Shown here: positions 51,795 to 62,656 of the stretch, piece by piece
Layout: each line of letters begins with the position of its first letter
Position numbering within the stretch: position 1 is the stretch's first letter
NCBI GenBank assembly: GCA_965262715.1
Contig: OZ253553.1
Location: forward strand, 2,048,001 to 2,112,000
DNA length: 64,000 nt
Origin: Bdellovibrionales bacterium
GTDB lineage: Bacteria > Bdellovibrionota > Bdellovibrionia > Bdellovibrionales > JAUICD01
Reading direction: 5' to 3'
Made by a program: the position numbers and the translations under genes
The notes under the pieces: generated by a model
Databases searched by the model: none
Seen by the model: the letters and a program-made list of their open reading frames with translations, nothing else
What the model was told of the DNA's origin: nothing

Positions 51795-53011
51795 ATGTAT
51801 ATTAAACGTTCTCTTTCAAAAACCATACGTAGAACTAGTCAGAGCTTTAAGGTTCTATTATTAACAGGTCCAAGGCAAGTTGGTAAAACAACTTTACTTA
51901 AAAAATTACAAAAAATCGTTCTTACATTTCATTAGATGATAAAGATGCTTGTATCTCTGCCAATGAAGATCCAGCAGGATTTACTGATCGCTTAAAACTT
52001 CCTGTCCTTATTGATGAAGTGCAATATGCTCCCAACTTGTTTTCTTACATTAAGCTGATTGTTGACCAAACTAAAAAAACTGGTCTCTTCTGGCTTACAG
52101 GCTCTCAAGAGTTTTCCATGATGAAAAATGTCTCAGAATCACTTGCTGGACGAATTGCTATTCTAGATATCCAAGGCATTTCTCTTTCAGAAGATGAAGG
52201 AAGACCACAAACACCACCTTTTATTCCAAAACTTGATTGTTTGAAGCATAGACAAAAAATAGCTAAATCTCTTTCTCTTGAAGATATTTATTTTAAAATA
52301 TGGCGTGGCTCATATCCACATGTGGTTTTAGATAGTGGTAAGACATGGCAAACTTTTTATGAATCCTATATCACAACTTATATTGAACGTGATGTTCGAG
52401 ATTATTTAAAAGTCGATAATCTTATTGCTTTTCGTAAATTCATGCAAATTGCAGCTAGTCGCACTGGACAGATATTAAAATATAGAGATATCTCTAAAGA
52501 AACCAGTATTAGTCAGCCCACCATTAAGTCATGGTTCAATGTTTTGCAGGCAACTGGTATTATTAAACTTATTCATCCTTATTTTAACAATATCACAAAA
52601 CGTCTATTAAAAACTCCCAAACTTTATTTTATGGACACAGGTCTTTGTTGTTTTTTAACAAAATGGGTAACACCAGAAGTTCTTGAAAATGGCGCAATGG
52701 CTGGTTCTATTTTAGAAACCTACGTGATATCTGAAATTATTAAATCTTATATTCACAATGGCATCTCACCTCACCTTTATTATTATGCTGATAAAGAAAA
52801 ACATGAAACTGACTTGCTGATTGAACAGGAAGGATATCTTTATCCTATAGAAATAAAAAAGTCAGCTTCAATCCATAGTTCAGCTTTTAAAGGATTTGAT
52901 CACCTTAAGAAATTAAAAGTTCCTATTGGCCATGGTTGTGTCCTTTGCTTTCAAAAAAACTTACTCCCTTATAAACGTAATATTGATATTGTTCCAATAG
53001 GTTATATATAA
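51795..53011 (+). pseudogene. AAA+ ATPase with DUF4143 domain, frameshifted near 51912
   Basis: MYIKR...LLTGPRQVGKTTLLKK from ATG 51795 is in a different frame from YISLDD...IDEVQ, LTGSQ, ESLAGR, PKLYF.DTG and E.D...IEIK. Confidence 0.85.
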
Positions 53012-53082
53012 TAGAACTGGTCTCAAAAATAAGTTTTTGCATTATACAACACAAATTAAGAATTAAAACAATAAACCCTCGT

Positions 53083-53222
53083 TGTTCCGGGATACTGTAA
53101 TCCGGCAGCCTGGCAATCAGTTTCCATGACCAGTTTCCTGGATTGCCTGACTGTCAGACTCCCGGAAAAAGTTTGAAACTTGAACTTTTATTGAAGAGTA
53201 AGGGACATAGGTAACACTTTTT
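53083..53222. repeat. Family D array (53083-53168) plus an orphan IS481-like end motif (53201-53222)
   Basis: The tail ACTCCCGGAAAAA..TTTATTGAAG is shared with 59861-59901; AGGGACATAGGTAACACTTTTT. Confidence 0.7.
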
Positions 53223-53306
53223 CATTAAAACAGGCAAAAGATTTATTTTGAGAGACAGAGATAATAAAAACATGCTATACCATCATTATGCAGAGGGGGG
53301 CACACA

Positions 53307-54851
53307 TTGAACTTTAAACAAACTTTGTCCATCTTATGGACTCTTTTTTTATTGTTACAACTATCATACTTCAATCCATCCTATGCTGTTGAAAAATCTA
53401 AAAACGTCAAAGTCCATCAAAAAAGAGAAGAACCTTTGACTTTGGATTTTGTTTTAACAGAAGCTGTAAAAAATTCTGATAGATTTAAAGAGGTAATTTC
53501 TAAATCTTATGCCATAAAAAAAGAAGAATATTTATCCAAAATACCTACAGACATTAATCTTAGATCTCAAGTTGGTCGAAGATTTAATTCGTCATCTTCT
53601 AGAGCTATTGGGCGACCTCCAACAAATTTATTTAATTCTTCCAATCCTTATTTTAATTCAATGAGCCAAAGAAAAGGTTATTATTATAATCTACAAACAG
53701 ATACTTATTTTCAAACAGGAACAAAAGCTATTTTAAGTTTTAATAACAATAAATACTCTGATGCCTCTTCTCATGAATCACAAGCGCAATTTACAATCTC
53801 TCAATCTCTTCTTAAAGATGCCTTTGGTTATCAAACAAGGAAGCTCAGACAAGCCGGAAGACTGACCAGCAAGGCTAATGAAGAATCTTTGGCTTTAGAT
53901 ATTGAGAGGTGGGCATTAGATGTTATAGATGTTTATTACAGAGCATGGCAACTCCACTCCGAGGTTCAAGCAGCCCAAAATAATTTATCAAGTAGAAGAA
54001 GATTACTTAATATCACAAAAATCAAACTAAGAAGAGGGACAGTTGAAAGATCAGACCTCCTTCAAGTAGAAGGCACTCTGTTAGAAGCTCAAATCAGATT
54101 AAACTCTGCAAGAGAAGGCCTTATGAATATATGGAGAGATCTTGTTATTCAGCTAAAATTACCTGAGAGTTGGCTAGATTATGATCCTCTACAAATTCAA
54201 ATGTCACTAGATTCTACCCATGACTTACAGGACTGTAATATTAAAGACTACCCAAAGACATCCACAGAAACTAAGTATTGGGAATATTTAAGGGATGCAA
54301 GTCTTCTAAAAAAGAAGAGCGCAAAAAATGCCTTCTTACCAGATTTGCAACTGACACTTGGACTTTCTAGCACCAGTCGAGAAGATTCATCTACCTTTGA
54401 AAAGCCAACTGGTTCTATAGGACTTGCATTTGAAATGCCACTTTCTCATTTTAAAGAAAAAGCTGAATTATCAGAGACTCTTGCCAATTATGCCAAAGCT
54501 TCCGCAATCACTTCCTTTCTTCATGGACAAGATCAAATTCAATGGATCAATAACTGCTCTTATTTTAAGCACCTAAAAAATGTTATAAACTTACGTTATG
54601 AAAATTTAAAAAAGCAAAGAGAAAGAAATTCTTTAGATGAAAGGCGCTACAGGTTAGGACGTATGTCCTTATTAGAAATCATTCAATCTGGAGATGAAGC
54701 TATTAATAGCCAACTATTATGGGATCAATCTCAAGTGGACCTCAAACTCAACTCATGGCAAATGCAACAAGCATCTGGTCAATTAAGACAGTTTATTACA
54801 AAAATTCAAGCGCAATTAGAAGAACAACAGACTTCAAAAGCTCGTCAATAA
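53307..54851 (+). CDS. TolC-family outer membrane efflux protein
   Basis: Signal peptide, ISQSLLK..G, V...Y, R.RRG...SDLLQ, LPDL.L and RY.LGR repeats; adjacent to an RND permease. Confidence 0.85.
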   Translation: MNFKQTLSILWTLFLLLQLSYFNPSYAVEKSKNVKVHQKREEPLTLDFVLTEAVKNSDRFKEVISKSYAIKKEEYLSKIPTDINLRSQVGRRFNSSSSRAIGRPPTNLFNSSNPYFNSMSQRKGYYYNLQTDTYFQTGTKAILSFNNNKYSDASSHESQAQFTISQSLLKDAFGYQTRKLRQAGRLTSKANEESLALDIERWALDVIDVYYRAWQLHSEVQAAQNNLSSRRRLLNITKIKLRRGTVERSDLLQVEGTLLEAQIRLNSAREGLMNIWRDLVIQLKLPESWLDYDPLQIQMSLDSTHDLQDCNIKDYPKTSTETKYWEYLRDASLLKKKSAKNAFLPDLQLTLGLSSTSREDSSTFEKPTGSIGLAFEMPLSHFKEKAELSETLANYAKASAITSFLHGQDQIQWINNCSYFKHLKNVINLRYENLKKQRERNSLDERRYRLGRMSLLEIIQSGDEAINSQLLWDQSQVDLKLNSWQMQQASGQLRQFITKIQAQLEEQQTSKARQ

Positions 54852-54982
54852 GCCATTTTTCTAAAAAATAAGTGTCAAAACTTAAAATAATACTTACTGA
54901 TTTTGATCTTTGGATGTATAATACACCTAAAAGTGCCTCCTTATTCACATCATAGATATAAAATCAAAGAAATGAGTTTGAA

Positions 54983-57900
54983 ATGAACCGTTTAATTGAG
55001 TTTTTTACTCGGCAAGGCTTATTTTCAGTTCTTATACTGATTTACACCATGTTTATGGGTGTTTATGTGATCTTTTTGATCCAAAAAGAAGCTTTCCCTA
55101 ATATTCAAAGAGATATGTTAGCGATAGAAACCATCTTTCCAGGTGCTTCTCCTACAGAAACTGAAAAGCTCCTAACCAACCCTATAGAACAAGCTCTCAA
55201 TGAAGTGATTGGAATTAAAAAGCTAACATCAACTTCTATCGAAGGCCGCAGCTATATTGTTGTTGAAATAGACCCTGATCAAACCACAGCTTTTGAGGCA
55301 AAACAAGATGTGAAAGAGGCTATTGATCGTATAGAACGCTTTCCTGAAAGAGCAGAAGAACCAATTGTGACATCTATAGAAACAAGACATCGCCCAGTCA
55401 TTAAGCTCGTTATTAGTACAAACGATGAAACAGTTTCAGAAATTGATTTACGTAACACAGCTCGATTTGTCCAAAAAGAAATTGAGAGGCTTAACGGTGT
55501 AGCCTCCATCGATGCTTATGGTATAGGCGACTTAGAAATACATGTTGAAGCTATCCCAAAAAAACTCTCCTTATATCAACTCACTTTAACAGATCTCACA
55601 AGAGCTATTGCTTCTCAAAATCAAGATATCCCCGGTGGGGTGATTGAACAAGATACATTAGATGGAAAACGAGAAATTCTTGTTCGCACAGTCAGCAACT
55701 ATGAAGATGTTAAAGATATTGAAAATACAGTTGTAAGATCTAATGACCTTGTCAATGCCATACATATCAAAGATGTAGCTAAGGTATCTTATGGACTAGA
55801 AAAACCTCTAACTTTATTTAGAGGAAATGGTAAAAACTCTATCTATTTGACCATCAAGAAAAAAGAAACAAGTGATTCTATTCGCCTCGTTGATCAAATT
55901 AAAGCAAAAACAGAAGATTTAAAAGCGCAACTTTCTGATGATATTGAATTCACCTTTGTTGACGATCTATCATATTTTATTCGCAGACGATTAAATGTAC
56001 TGATCAATAACTTATCTATTGGTCTTGCTCTTGTTTTAATTATTCTTAGCTTTTTCTTTCCTTTAAAAATTGCTCTTTTAACAGCTATTGGAATACCGTT
56101 TTCCTTTTTAGGGACTTTGATCTTTTTCCATGTAACAGGGGTAAGTTTAAACCTATTGACGATGATGGGTTTGATTATTGTACTGGGTATGCTTGTCGAT
56201 GATGCTATTGTCGTGATTGAAAATACCATGAGATATATTGAAAAAGGCTATAACTCTACTGAAGCTGCGATCAAAGCAACTTGTCAGATATGGCAACCAG
56301 TTACTGCAGCTGTTGCCACAACCATTGTGGTGTTTTTACCACTGATGTTCATGTCAGGTACTATTGGTAAATTCATCGCTATATTACCACTTGGGGTTTT
56401 GTCAGGATTGGTATTAAGTCTTTTTGAATGCTTTTTTATCCTTCCACATCACATCAGTTTTTTAACCAGGCGTTATTCTTCACAATTTAATACAAAATCA
56501 TCTTCAAATAACCCTCAAAAAACAAAGCCTCCTAGAAAAAAGCTTTATCAAAAAGTAGACTACATCTGGAAAAATGTGTGTTTAAAACTTTATGAAAGGT
56601 TTTTAAGTTTCACTTTAAAACCTTTCTGCCGCCACTTTATTGCGCTTGCTTCCATCGGTCTTCTTATTGGCACTTACTTTTTATATGAGAAAAAAATGAA
56701 CTTTGTGCTCTTCCCCTCATCAGGAGTTGAAGCTTTTATGATTAAAATACAAGCACCTGTTGGAACTCCCTTAGAAGAAACGGTTAAGCTGATGAGGCCT
56801 ATTGAAGAAATTGTAGCCACTTTAAGTGACGGAGAACTTAAAGATTACATCACTAAAGGCGGAATACATCAAGCTAGTGCTAGTGACCCTGACTTTAAAA
56901 GGGGCAGTCACTTAGGACTTGTTTTTGTATATTTAACATCCACAACAGAAAGAGTAAAAACTGCTGATCAGGTCATTGAAGAATTAAGAGAAAAAATAGG
57001 CAAACCTCCAGGTATAGAAAATATCAGTTTTGAAAAAATACGTTCTGGCCCTAGCTCTGGACCTGCTATTGCCGTAGGAGTGAGAGCAACTGAATATGAT
57101 GAAATTATACCTGCTGCAGAAGACCTGCAACAGTTTCTATCTAAAATTGACGGAGTTTCTGATATAAGAAACACTCATGATAAAGGTAAAGAAGAGCTAC
57201 ATGTTAAAATTTTACAAGAAGAAGCTTTAGCTGCCAACTTATCAACAGAAGATATTGGAATGTCTGTTCGAGCTGCTTTTGAAGGCATTGAAGCAACTTA
57301 TATTCAAAAATTAGATGAAGAAGTTGCTGTGCGTGTAACTTGGCCACAGCAATTTAAAAACTCTAAAAAATCTGTACAAACATTACAAATTCCTAACAAA
57401 ATGGGGAACCTTATACCTATCACATCCGTAGTAGATTTTGATACTTATCAAGGTATTTCTACTTTCAAACATGAAGCTAATGAACGTCAAATAGAAGTAC
57501 GAGGAGATGTAAACACAAATATCATAACATCTGTAAAAGTTAATGAGCAGATTAGGCAAGCTCTTCCTGATATCCGCAAAAAACACCCTACTGTGAATTT
57601 TTCCTTTGGAGGAGAAGATCAAGATACAAAAGAGAGTATGGCATCTTTACGAAGGGCTTTTATTGTTGCTCTTTTATGTATATTTATGATTTTAGTACTC
57701 ACATTCCAAAGCTTATCTCAAGCACTACTCGTTCTTTTTATCACTGTACCTCTAGGTTTTACTTCTGTGATTTGGACATTCTTCTTTCACGATAAACCTA
57801 TTTCTTTCATGGCATGTTTAGGTATTGTTGCTCTTTCAGGTGTAATTGTTAATAATTCTATTGTATTCACATCTTTTATGAATGAAGCAAGGTCTGAAGG

Positions 57901-58267
57901 TATTGAGAAAATACAAAGTATTTTAAAAGCAGGAAAAACTCGTTTGCGACCTATTTTCTTAACTACTGTCACTACTGTAGCAGGTATTTTGCCCACAGCT
58001 TATGGTCTAGGTGGATTAGATCCATTTGTTGTTCCAATTGCATTAGCACTGGGGTGGGGGATGTTTTTTGGTTCCTTTTTGACTACAATTTTATTTCCTT
58101 CTTGGTTAGCTGTTTTAGATGATATCACTTATTTATTTGTTTTTATTTACAGAAGCCTATTTCATCCTAGACCTATACAAACGCCTAAAACAGCAGAAGC
58201 TTTTAAGCGTAACATTGGTGCACAACCTTTAACAAAAATAAGAACTACTAGACCTTTAAAAGGATAA
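54983..58267 (+). CDS. RND-family efflux permease (AcrB/CzcA-like)
   Basis: PGASP.E.E, GMLVDDAIVVIEN, GVIVNNSIV and RLRPIFLT..TT..G..P motifs. Confidence 0.95.
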   Translation: MNRLIEFFTRQGLFSVLILIYTMFMGVYVIFLIQKEAFPNIQRDMLAIETIFPGASPTETEKLLTNPIEQALNEVIGIKKLTSTSIEGRSYIVVEIDPDQTTAFEAKQDVKEAIDRIERFPERAEEPIVTSIETRHRPVIKLVISTNDETVSEIDLRNTARFVQKEIERLNGVASIDAYGIGDLEIHVEAIPKKLSLYQLTLTDLTRAIASQNQDIPGGVIEQDTLDGKREILVRTVSNYEDVKDIENTVVRSNDLVNAIHIKDVAKVSYGLEKPLTLFRGNGKNSIYLTIKKKETSDSIRLVDQIKAKTEDLKAQLSDDIEFTFVDDLSYFIRRRLNVLINNLSIGLALVLIILSFFFPLKIALLTAIGIPFSFLGTLIFFHVTGVSLNLLTMMGLIIVLGMLVDDAIVVIENTMRYIEKGYNSTEAAIKATCQIWQPVTAAVATTIVVFLPLMFMSGTIGKFIAILPLGVLSGLVLSLFECFFILPHHISFLTRRYSSQFNTKSSSNNPQKTKPPRKKLYQKVDYIWKNVCLKLYERFLSFTLKPFCRHFIALASIGLLIGTYFLYEKKMNFVLFPSSGVEAFMIKIQAPVGTPLEETVKLMRPIEEIVATLSDGELKDYITKGGIHQASASDPDFKRGSHLGLVFVYLTSTTERVKTADQVIEELREKIGKPPGIENISFEKIRSGPSSGPAIAVGVRATEYDEIIPAAEDLQQFLSKIDGVSDIRNTHDKGKEELHVKILQEEALAANLSTEDIGMSVRAAFEGIEATYIQKLDEEVAVRVTWPQQFKNSKKSVQTLQIPNKMGNLIPITSVVDFDTYQGISTFKHEANERQIEVRGDVNTNIITSVKVNEQIRQALPDIRKKHPTVNFSFGGEDQDTKESMASLRRAFIVALLCIFMILVLTFQSLSQALLVLFITVPLGFTSVIWTFFFHDKPISFMACLGIVALSGVIVNNSIVFTSFMNEARSEGIEKIQSILKAGKTRLRPIFLTTVTTVAGILPTAYGLGGLDPFVVPIALALGWGMFFGSFLTTILFPSWLAVLDDITYLFVFIYRSLFHPRPIQTPKTAEAFKRNIGAQPLTKIRTTRPLKG

Positions 58268-58310
58268 AAAGAAATCCGATAAGAAAGTTAAGAGTCTATG
58301 GAGTTCAATT

Positions 58311-59759
58311 ATGTCTTTATCTTTATCAAGATATTTTATTTATTTTTTTATGTTTCTTGTTTTATCTTATATTTCTTTATATGCAGAAGAAAAAAAAGTA
58401 GCTACAACAAAAACCACTTCTGCAACATTAAACTCATCTTTAACAACTACTTCTACTTCTACTTTTTCAACAACCACATCTACTTTTCAAAAGCCTCCTC
58501 CTAAAAACGAAGTAACATCTCAAAATACAACAACTACATCTCAAAACACAACAATCACATCACAACAACCAGAAGCTCCTTTATCTCGACAAGAAAAGAA
58601 TAAAATACATATTCAAAAAAAGATTGATAAATTACATCAAAGATTAGAAAGAAACCCAAATAATTTTAATCTACATTTTTTGCTTGGAAAATATTATTAT
58701 TTACTAGATGATTTTGATAAAGCTATTTTTCATCTCAAAAAAAATAATAAAAAGCCATCAATTAAAGCGTTAATACTTTTAGCTAAAGCTTTTTCTCAAA
58801 AAAAGGATTATCAAGAGGAGATAAGAGTTCTTAGTATTTTGTTAGAAATGCATCCAAGTTCTCCAAAAGTTTATACAGATATTGCAACAGCTTATTATAA
58901 AAATGATAAGATTGAAGAAGCTATTAAGTACTATAAAGCAGCACTACAAAATGATAGGAGGCACAAGGGAGCTTATAAAGGCTTGTGGACAGTCTTTGAG
59001 TCTCAAGGCAATTTCTATGATATGAAACAAATATTAGAGGATTTTTTAGCCTTATCTCCAAATGATATTGAAGCACATTCTAAACTGTGCCAAGCAAATT
59101 TAAAATCAAGATATGCAGATGAATCTATACTCTCCTGCAATCGAGCCATAAAAGTCAATCCATCTTATCCCAACAATCATATTTACTTAGGATTAGCGCA
59201 TAAATGGAATGGAAATGAAAAACAGGCTGAAAAAATTATTTTTGATACAGCTAAAAAGTTTAGAAAATCTCTATTAGCACAATATGAAGCCGCACGACTT
59301 GCTGAAGAAAAAAACCGATGGGGCGATGCTCTCAGGTTTTATAGAAATTGTGTTAATATTGATAATAGGTCCTTTACATGTACTATGAAAATAGCGCATC
59401 TTGCAATTCGGTTGGAAAAATATGAAGAAGCCACTGAATCTTTTTTAGCTGCTTGCCGCATCAATAAATTTAAAACTTTTTCTGAAATCAGAGATACTGC
59501 TGGAGAACTTAGAAAAGAAAAAAAGATGAAATGGTATCATCATTTTAAAAAAATAGCTGAAAGATGTCATATCGTTGGGGATCGCAGGTTAGAAAAAACT
59601 CCCTACGAGCCATTGACAGATTTGATTATAGAAGAAGCTCTACCAGAGGAATTTGAAGAAACCATTGAAGAAGAAGAGGAAAAAAAGGATCCTTCAAAAA
59701 AATCTTTAAAATCTCCACCTAAGACGACCAAAAATAAAACTCAAGATATAAAAAATTGA
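58311..59759 (+). CDS. Secreted TPR-repeat protein
   Basis: Signal peptide, Thr/Ser-rich linker and multiple TPR motifs; sigma28-like TTAA-N15-TCCGATAA at 58256-58282. Confidence 0.85.
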   Translation: MSLSLSRYFIYFFMFLVLSYISLYAEEKKVATTKTTSATLNSSLTTTSTSTFSTTTSTFQKPPPKNEVTSQNTTTTSQNTTITSQQPEAPLSRQEKNKIHIQKKIDKLHQRLERNPNNFNLHFLLGKYYYLLDDFDKAIFHLKKNNKKPSIKALILLAKAFSQKKDYQEEIRVLSILLEMHPSSPKVYTDIATAYYKNDKIEEAIKYYKAALQNDRRHKGAYKGLWTVFESQGNFYDMKQILEDFLALSPNDIEAHSKLCQANLKSRYADESILSCNRAIKVNPSYPNNHIYLGLAHKWNGNEKQAEKIIFDTAKKFRKSLLAQYEAARLAEEKNRWGDALRFYRNCVNIDNRSFTCTMKIAHLAIRLEKYEEATESFLAACRINKFKTFSEIRDTAGELRKEKKMKWYHHFKKIAERCHIVGDRRLEKTPYEPLTDLIIEEALPEEFEETIEEEEEKKDPSKKSLKSPPKTTKNKTQDIKN

Positions 59760-59785
59760 AGGTTCATAATCACTTAAGCATCTTG

Positions 59786-59901
59786 TTTCTCTGGAATCTG
59801 GCAGTCAGGCAATCCGGGAAGCTGCCTCCGGCAACAGCTATCCGCTTACCGGACTGTCTAACTCCCGGAAAAAAGCTTAAAACTCAATCTCTTTATTGAA
59901 G
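59786..59901. repeat. Family D octamer array
   Basis: ATCTGGCA GTCAGGCA ATCCGGGA...; tail shared with 53159-53196. Confidence 0.7.
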
Positions 59902-60061
59902 TATCTCTCAAGCTAAGATATTTTATTTATTAATTTATCTAAGTTACACCGTTGTTGAATACCTATTTCTGGCCTCCGAAAGACCAGAAACTTGGCAATC
60001 GCACAATCAGTATTCCACCAAATAAGTATCAGGAACAGTCCTTAAAATATATAAATAATCT

Positions 60062-61039
60062 TTATAAGGGATTTATCTCGAATTCTTCGAAGACATGAAA
60101 TCCAAAACCAGGGCCCTCTATACGTAAAAAATTTCCAATATAAGGAGTGATATTTCGTAGTACAGCGACTACCCTTCCATCATCATCAAACAACAACCTA
60201 ACGTAAATACGAGGCGTAGAAACAAACTTTAATAGATTTGGCTTAGGAGGTTCATTACTTTCTTTCATTCTAGACTCAAAGTTAATATCAGGAGAAAGTT
60301 TTACGATATCCCCCACTCGAACAACTACCCTTCCATTCGGTACAATATTCATTTCAAGTATAGATTTGCTATCATCTATTTCTATAACTGTTGCTGTAGC
60401 TAGAGAAGGACTATAACTTATACAAACACTTTCTTCCGCAGGAGGGTAAACATTAAAAACATCCCCTTCTTGAACATGATCAGACCGACCCAAAGGAATT
60501 AAAATTCTATCACCCTGCAAAACACTTATATGACTTATTGGCTGTCGTGGCCCAACAAATTCTTCCAAAAAATCTCTAAGCTTTCTATAACCATCTCTTA
60601 CTGACTCTTTAACAGCATCTGTAATAGCTACAGAAGGATGCTCTTTATAATCTATAGGATCATTTACTTCAAGATTTATCTGAAAGTTTGATTCACCAAC
60701 ACCTATAACTCTAAATGTTCCTGACCTTCCAGGTAGTTGTATAGTAAATAATAGCTCTACTCTTATAGTTTCAATATTTGACTGAGCTCCATCAAGAGAC
60801 ATTAATCTATCACCAGTCAAATTAATAATGAGCCCCTGTTCATCAATTTGATCAATAGGCTCAGGACGTACTCTTATAACATCATAAGAACATACTTTTC
60901 TATCTGTTAATAATCCTAAACTCTGAACAGCTGATAGATTTAGAACATCATCAGAAGTAGTCTCTTGAGCTACACTATTTGAACTTACAGTGAATAATAA
61001 AAGATATATCATAAAAAATGTTTTTAAATAATAGCTCAT
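60062..61039 (-). CDS. Secreted protein, paralog 1 (FlgT C-terminal-like domain)
   Basis: MSYYLKTFFMIY signal; GDRILIPLGRSDHVQEGDVFNVY...VGD.V motif. Confidence 0.75.
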   Translation of the reverse strand: MSYYLKTFFMIYLLLFTVSSNSVAQETTSDDVLNLSAVQSLGLLTDRKVCSYDVIRVRPEPIDQIDEQGLIINLTGDRLMSLDGAQSNIETIRVELLFTIQLPGRSGTFRVIGVGESNFQINLEVNDPIDYKEHPSVAITDAVKESVRDGYRKLRDFLEEFVGPRQPISHISVLQGDRILIPLGRSDHVQEGDVFNVYPPAEESVCISYSPSLATATVIEIDDSKSILEMNIVPNGRVVVRVGDIVKLSPDINFESRMKESNEPPKPNLLKFVSTPRIYVRLLFDDDGRVVAVLRNITPYIGNFLRIEGPGFGFHVFEEFEINPL

Positions 61040-61279
61040 TTTCTCTCCTTGATTTGCGTATTTTAAGAAATGGATATTTATTATTCTATTGATTCCTTTA
61101 ACTGGAAATCAACCAAAATACTTTAAGATTGATCAATAATAAACTTAAGCCTTTTAGACTAAATAACAATAAATTGCTGTTTTTACATAAAGTGAACAGG
61201 CAAATATCTAGTACTACATTAGTAAGTTAATTAAAGCAGTCTGAAAAAATAAGTTTTATGTTTTGTGATATTGAGATAT

Positions 61280-61432
61280 AGAGTTATGGAAGGTTTGGAA
61301 TAGACGTGAGGCCAGTGCCTCAAGAGACAAGATTTTTATAAAATATTTATCCTATAATAGGTTCTTAAAATAACAGAAATATAAGGCACTTCGGGGTGCC
61401 TGCTGCCTATGGAAGATGCCTGCCATAACTCT
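61280..61432 (+). repeat. Family C palindromic element
   Basis: AGAGTTATGG.AGG / CCTGCCATAACTCT arms; AGGCCAGTGCCTCA; TTATCCTATAAT core. Confidence 0.85.
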
Positions 61433-61528
61433 GAATCATTACATTAAGGTAAGTTCAAATAATAGACTCAGCATTTTTGAGATAAACTTCAAGATAACCA
61501 GATCATAATAATAAAGATTTTTTGGACA

Positions 61529-62446
61529 TCATTGTACGTTAGTAACTACTTGAAAACCAAAATTAGGAGCCTCATTTAAAGAACCATCAATAAAACGAGT
61601 GATTTTTGTCCAAATTTTTCTATTACCTGTATCCCTAACAACATAAATACGAGGTATATTGAATTGCAATACACTTCTCGTTCCGAAACCAGTATTTGTC
61701 TGCAGTCTTGATGCAAAATCTATTGCAGGAGAAAGTCTTACAATATCTCCAACCTGAACAGATCTGCCTCCATCGGGTATAATATTCATTTCAAGTATAG
61801 ATTCGTTATCGTCTATTTCTACAACTCTTGCTATGGCTAGCGCTGAAAGAGGACTATAACTAACATCACTACAAGTGTTGTAATAATCATCTCTAGGGTA
61901 AATATGAAAAACATCACCCTCCTGAATATGATCAGAGCGACCCAAAGGAACTAGGACTCTATCACCTCGCACAACATTTACCTCACTCCTCGGTTGTCGC
62001 GGCTCAAACCTCAAAGTATCTCTAAGCCTTACATAACCATCTCTTACCGCCTCTTGAACTATATCTGATATATCTCTGCTGACAAAGTTTCTAGATTCAC
62101 CAAGACCTATAATATCAAGTGTTACTGAACTTCCAGGCCGTCGCACACTAAATACTAACTCTAATCTTTCTAATCCTATACGGTTTTCTGGAATATCTAT
62201 TAGATATCCTTCAGGACCATCGTCAGAGTCAAATATATTACGAATTTGGTGATCAAAAGGACGTACATCTACAATAAGATCAAAACACACATCACTATCA
62301 CCAGTATTCAATGCTGATATAGTCTCACTAGAATTTGTATCCTGAGCTAAGCTATCCGAAACAAAAGTGATTAATAAAAAATACATCATAAAAAAGGTTT
62401 TTAGATAATGGCTCATTGTTCCCCCTTGATCTGCACGTAATTTCAA
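61529..62446 (-). CDS. Secreted protein, paralog 2 (start probably ATG 62416, MSHYLKTFF)
   Basis: GDRVLVPLGRSDHIQEGDVFHIY; clearly homologous to 60062-61039. Confidence 0.78.
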   Translation of the reverse strand: MKLRADQGGTMSHYLKTFFMMYFLLITFVSDSLAQDTNSSETISALNTGDSDVCFDLIVDVRPFDHQIRNIFDSDDGPEGYLIDIPENRIGLERLELVFSVRRPGSSVTLDIIGLGESRNFVSRDISDIVQEAVRDGYVRLRDTLRFEPRQPRSEVNVVRGDRVLVPLGRSDHIQEGDVFHIYPRDDYYNTCSDVSYSPLSALAIARVVEIDDNESILEMNIIPDGGRSVQVGDIVRLSPAIDFASRLQTNTGFGTRSVLQFNIPRIYVVRDTGNRKIWTKITRFIDGSLNEAPNFGFQVVTNVQ

Positions 62447-62656
62447 ATCGCAAGTGCAACACTTTTGTGTTTATAGATATTTATTATTTTATTGATGTCT
62501 TTAACTGAAAGGCAACAAAAATATCTCAATCTTGATCAATAATAACCCTAAGCCTTCTAGATGCAACCAAATACAGATACCGGATATTTTGATTCCGAAC
62601 GCAGTTTGCCAGAGTGCCGGTTTGAGCTGGACCTTCAATTTGTTCCTTGGCTTATT

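Noticed and set aside
55279..57996. Short minus-strand ORFs inside the RND gene, and similar ones inside nadE, dnaE, guaA and lon
   Set aside because: Antisense shadows of well-supported genes.
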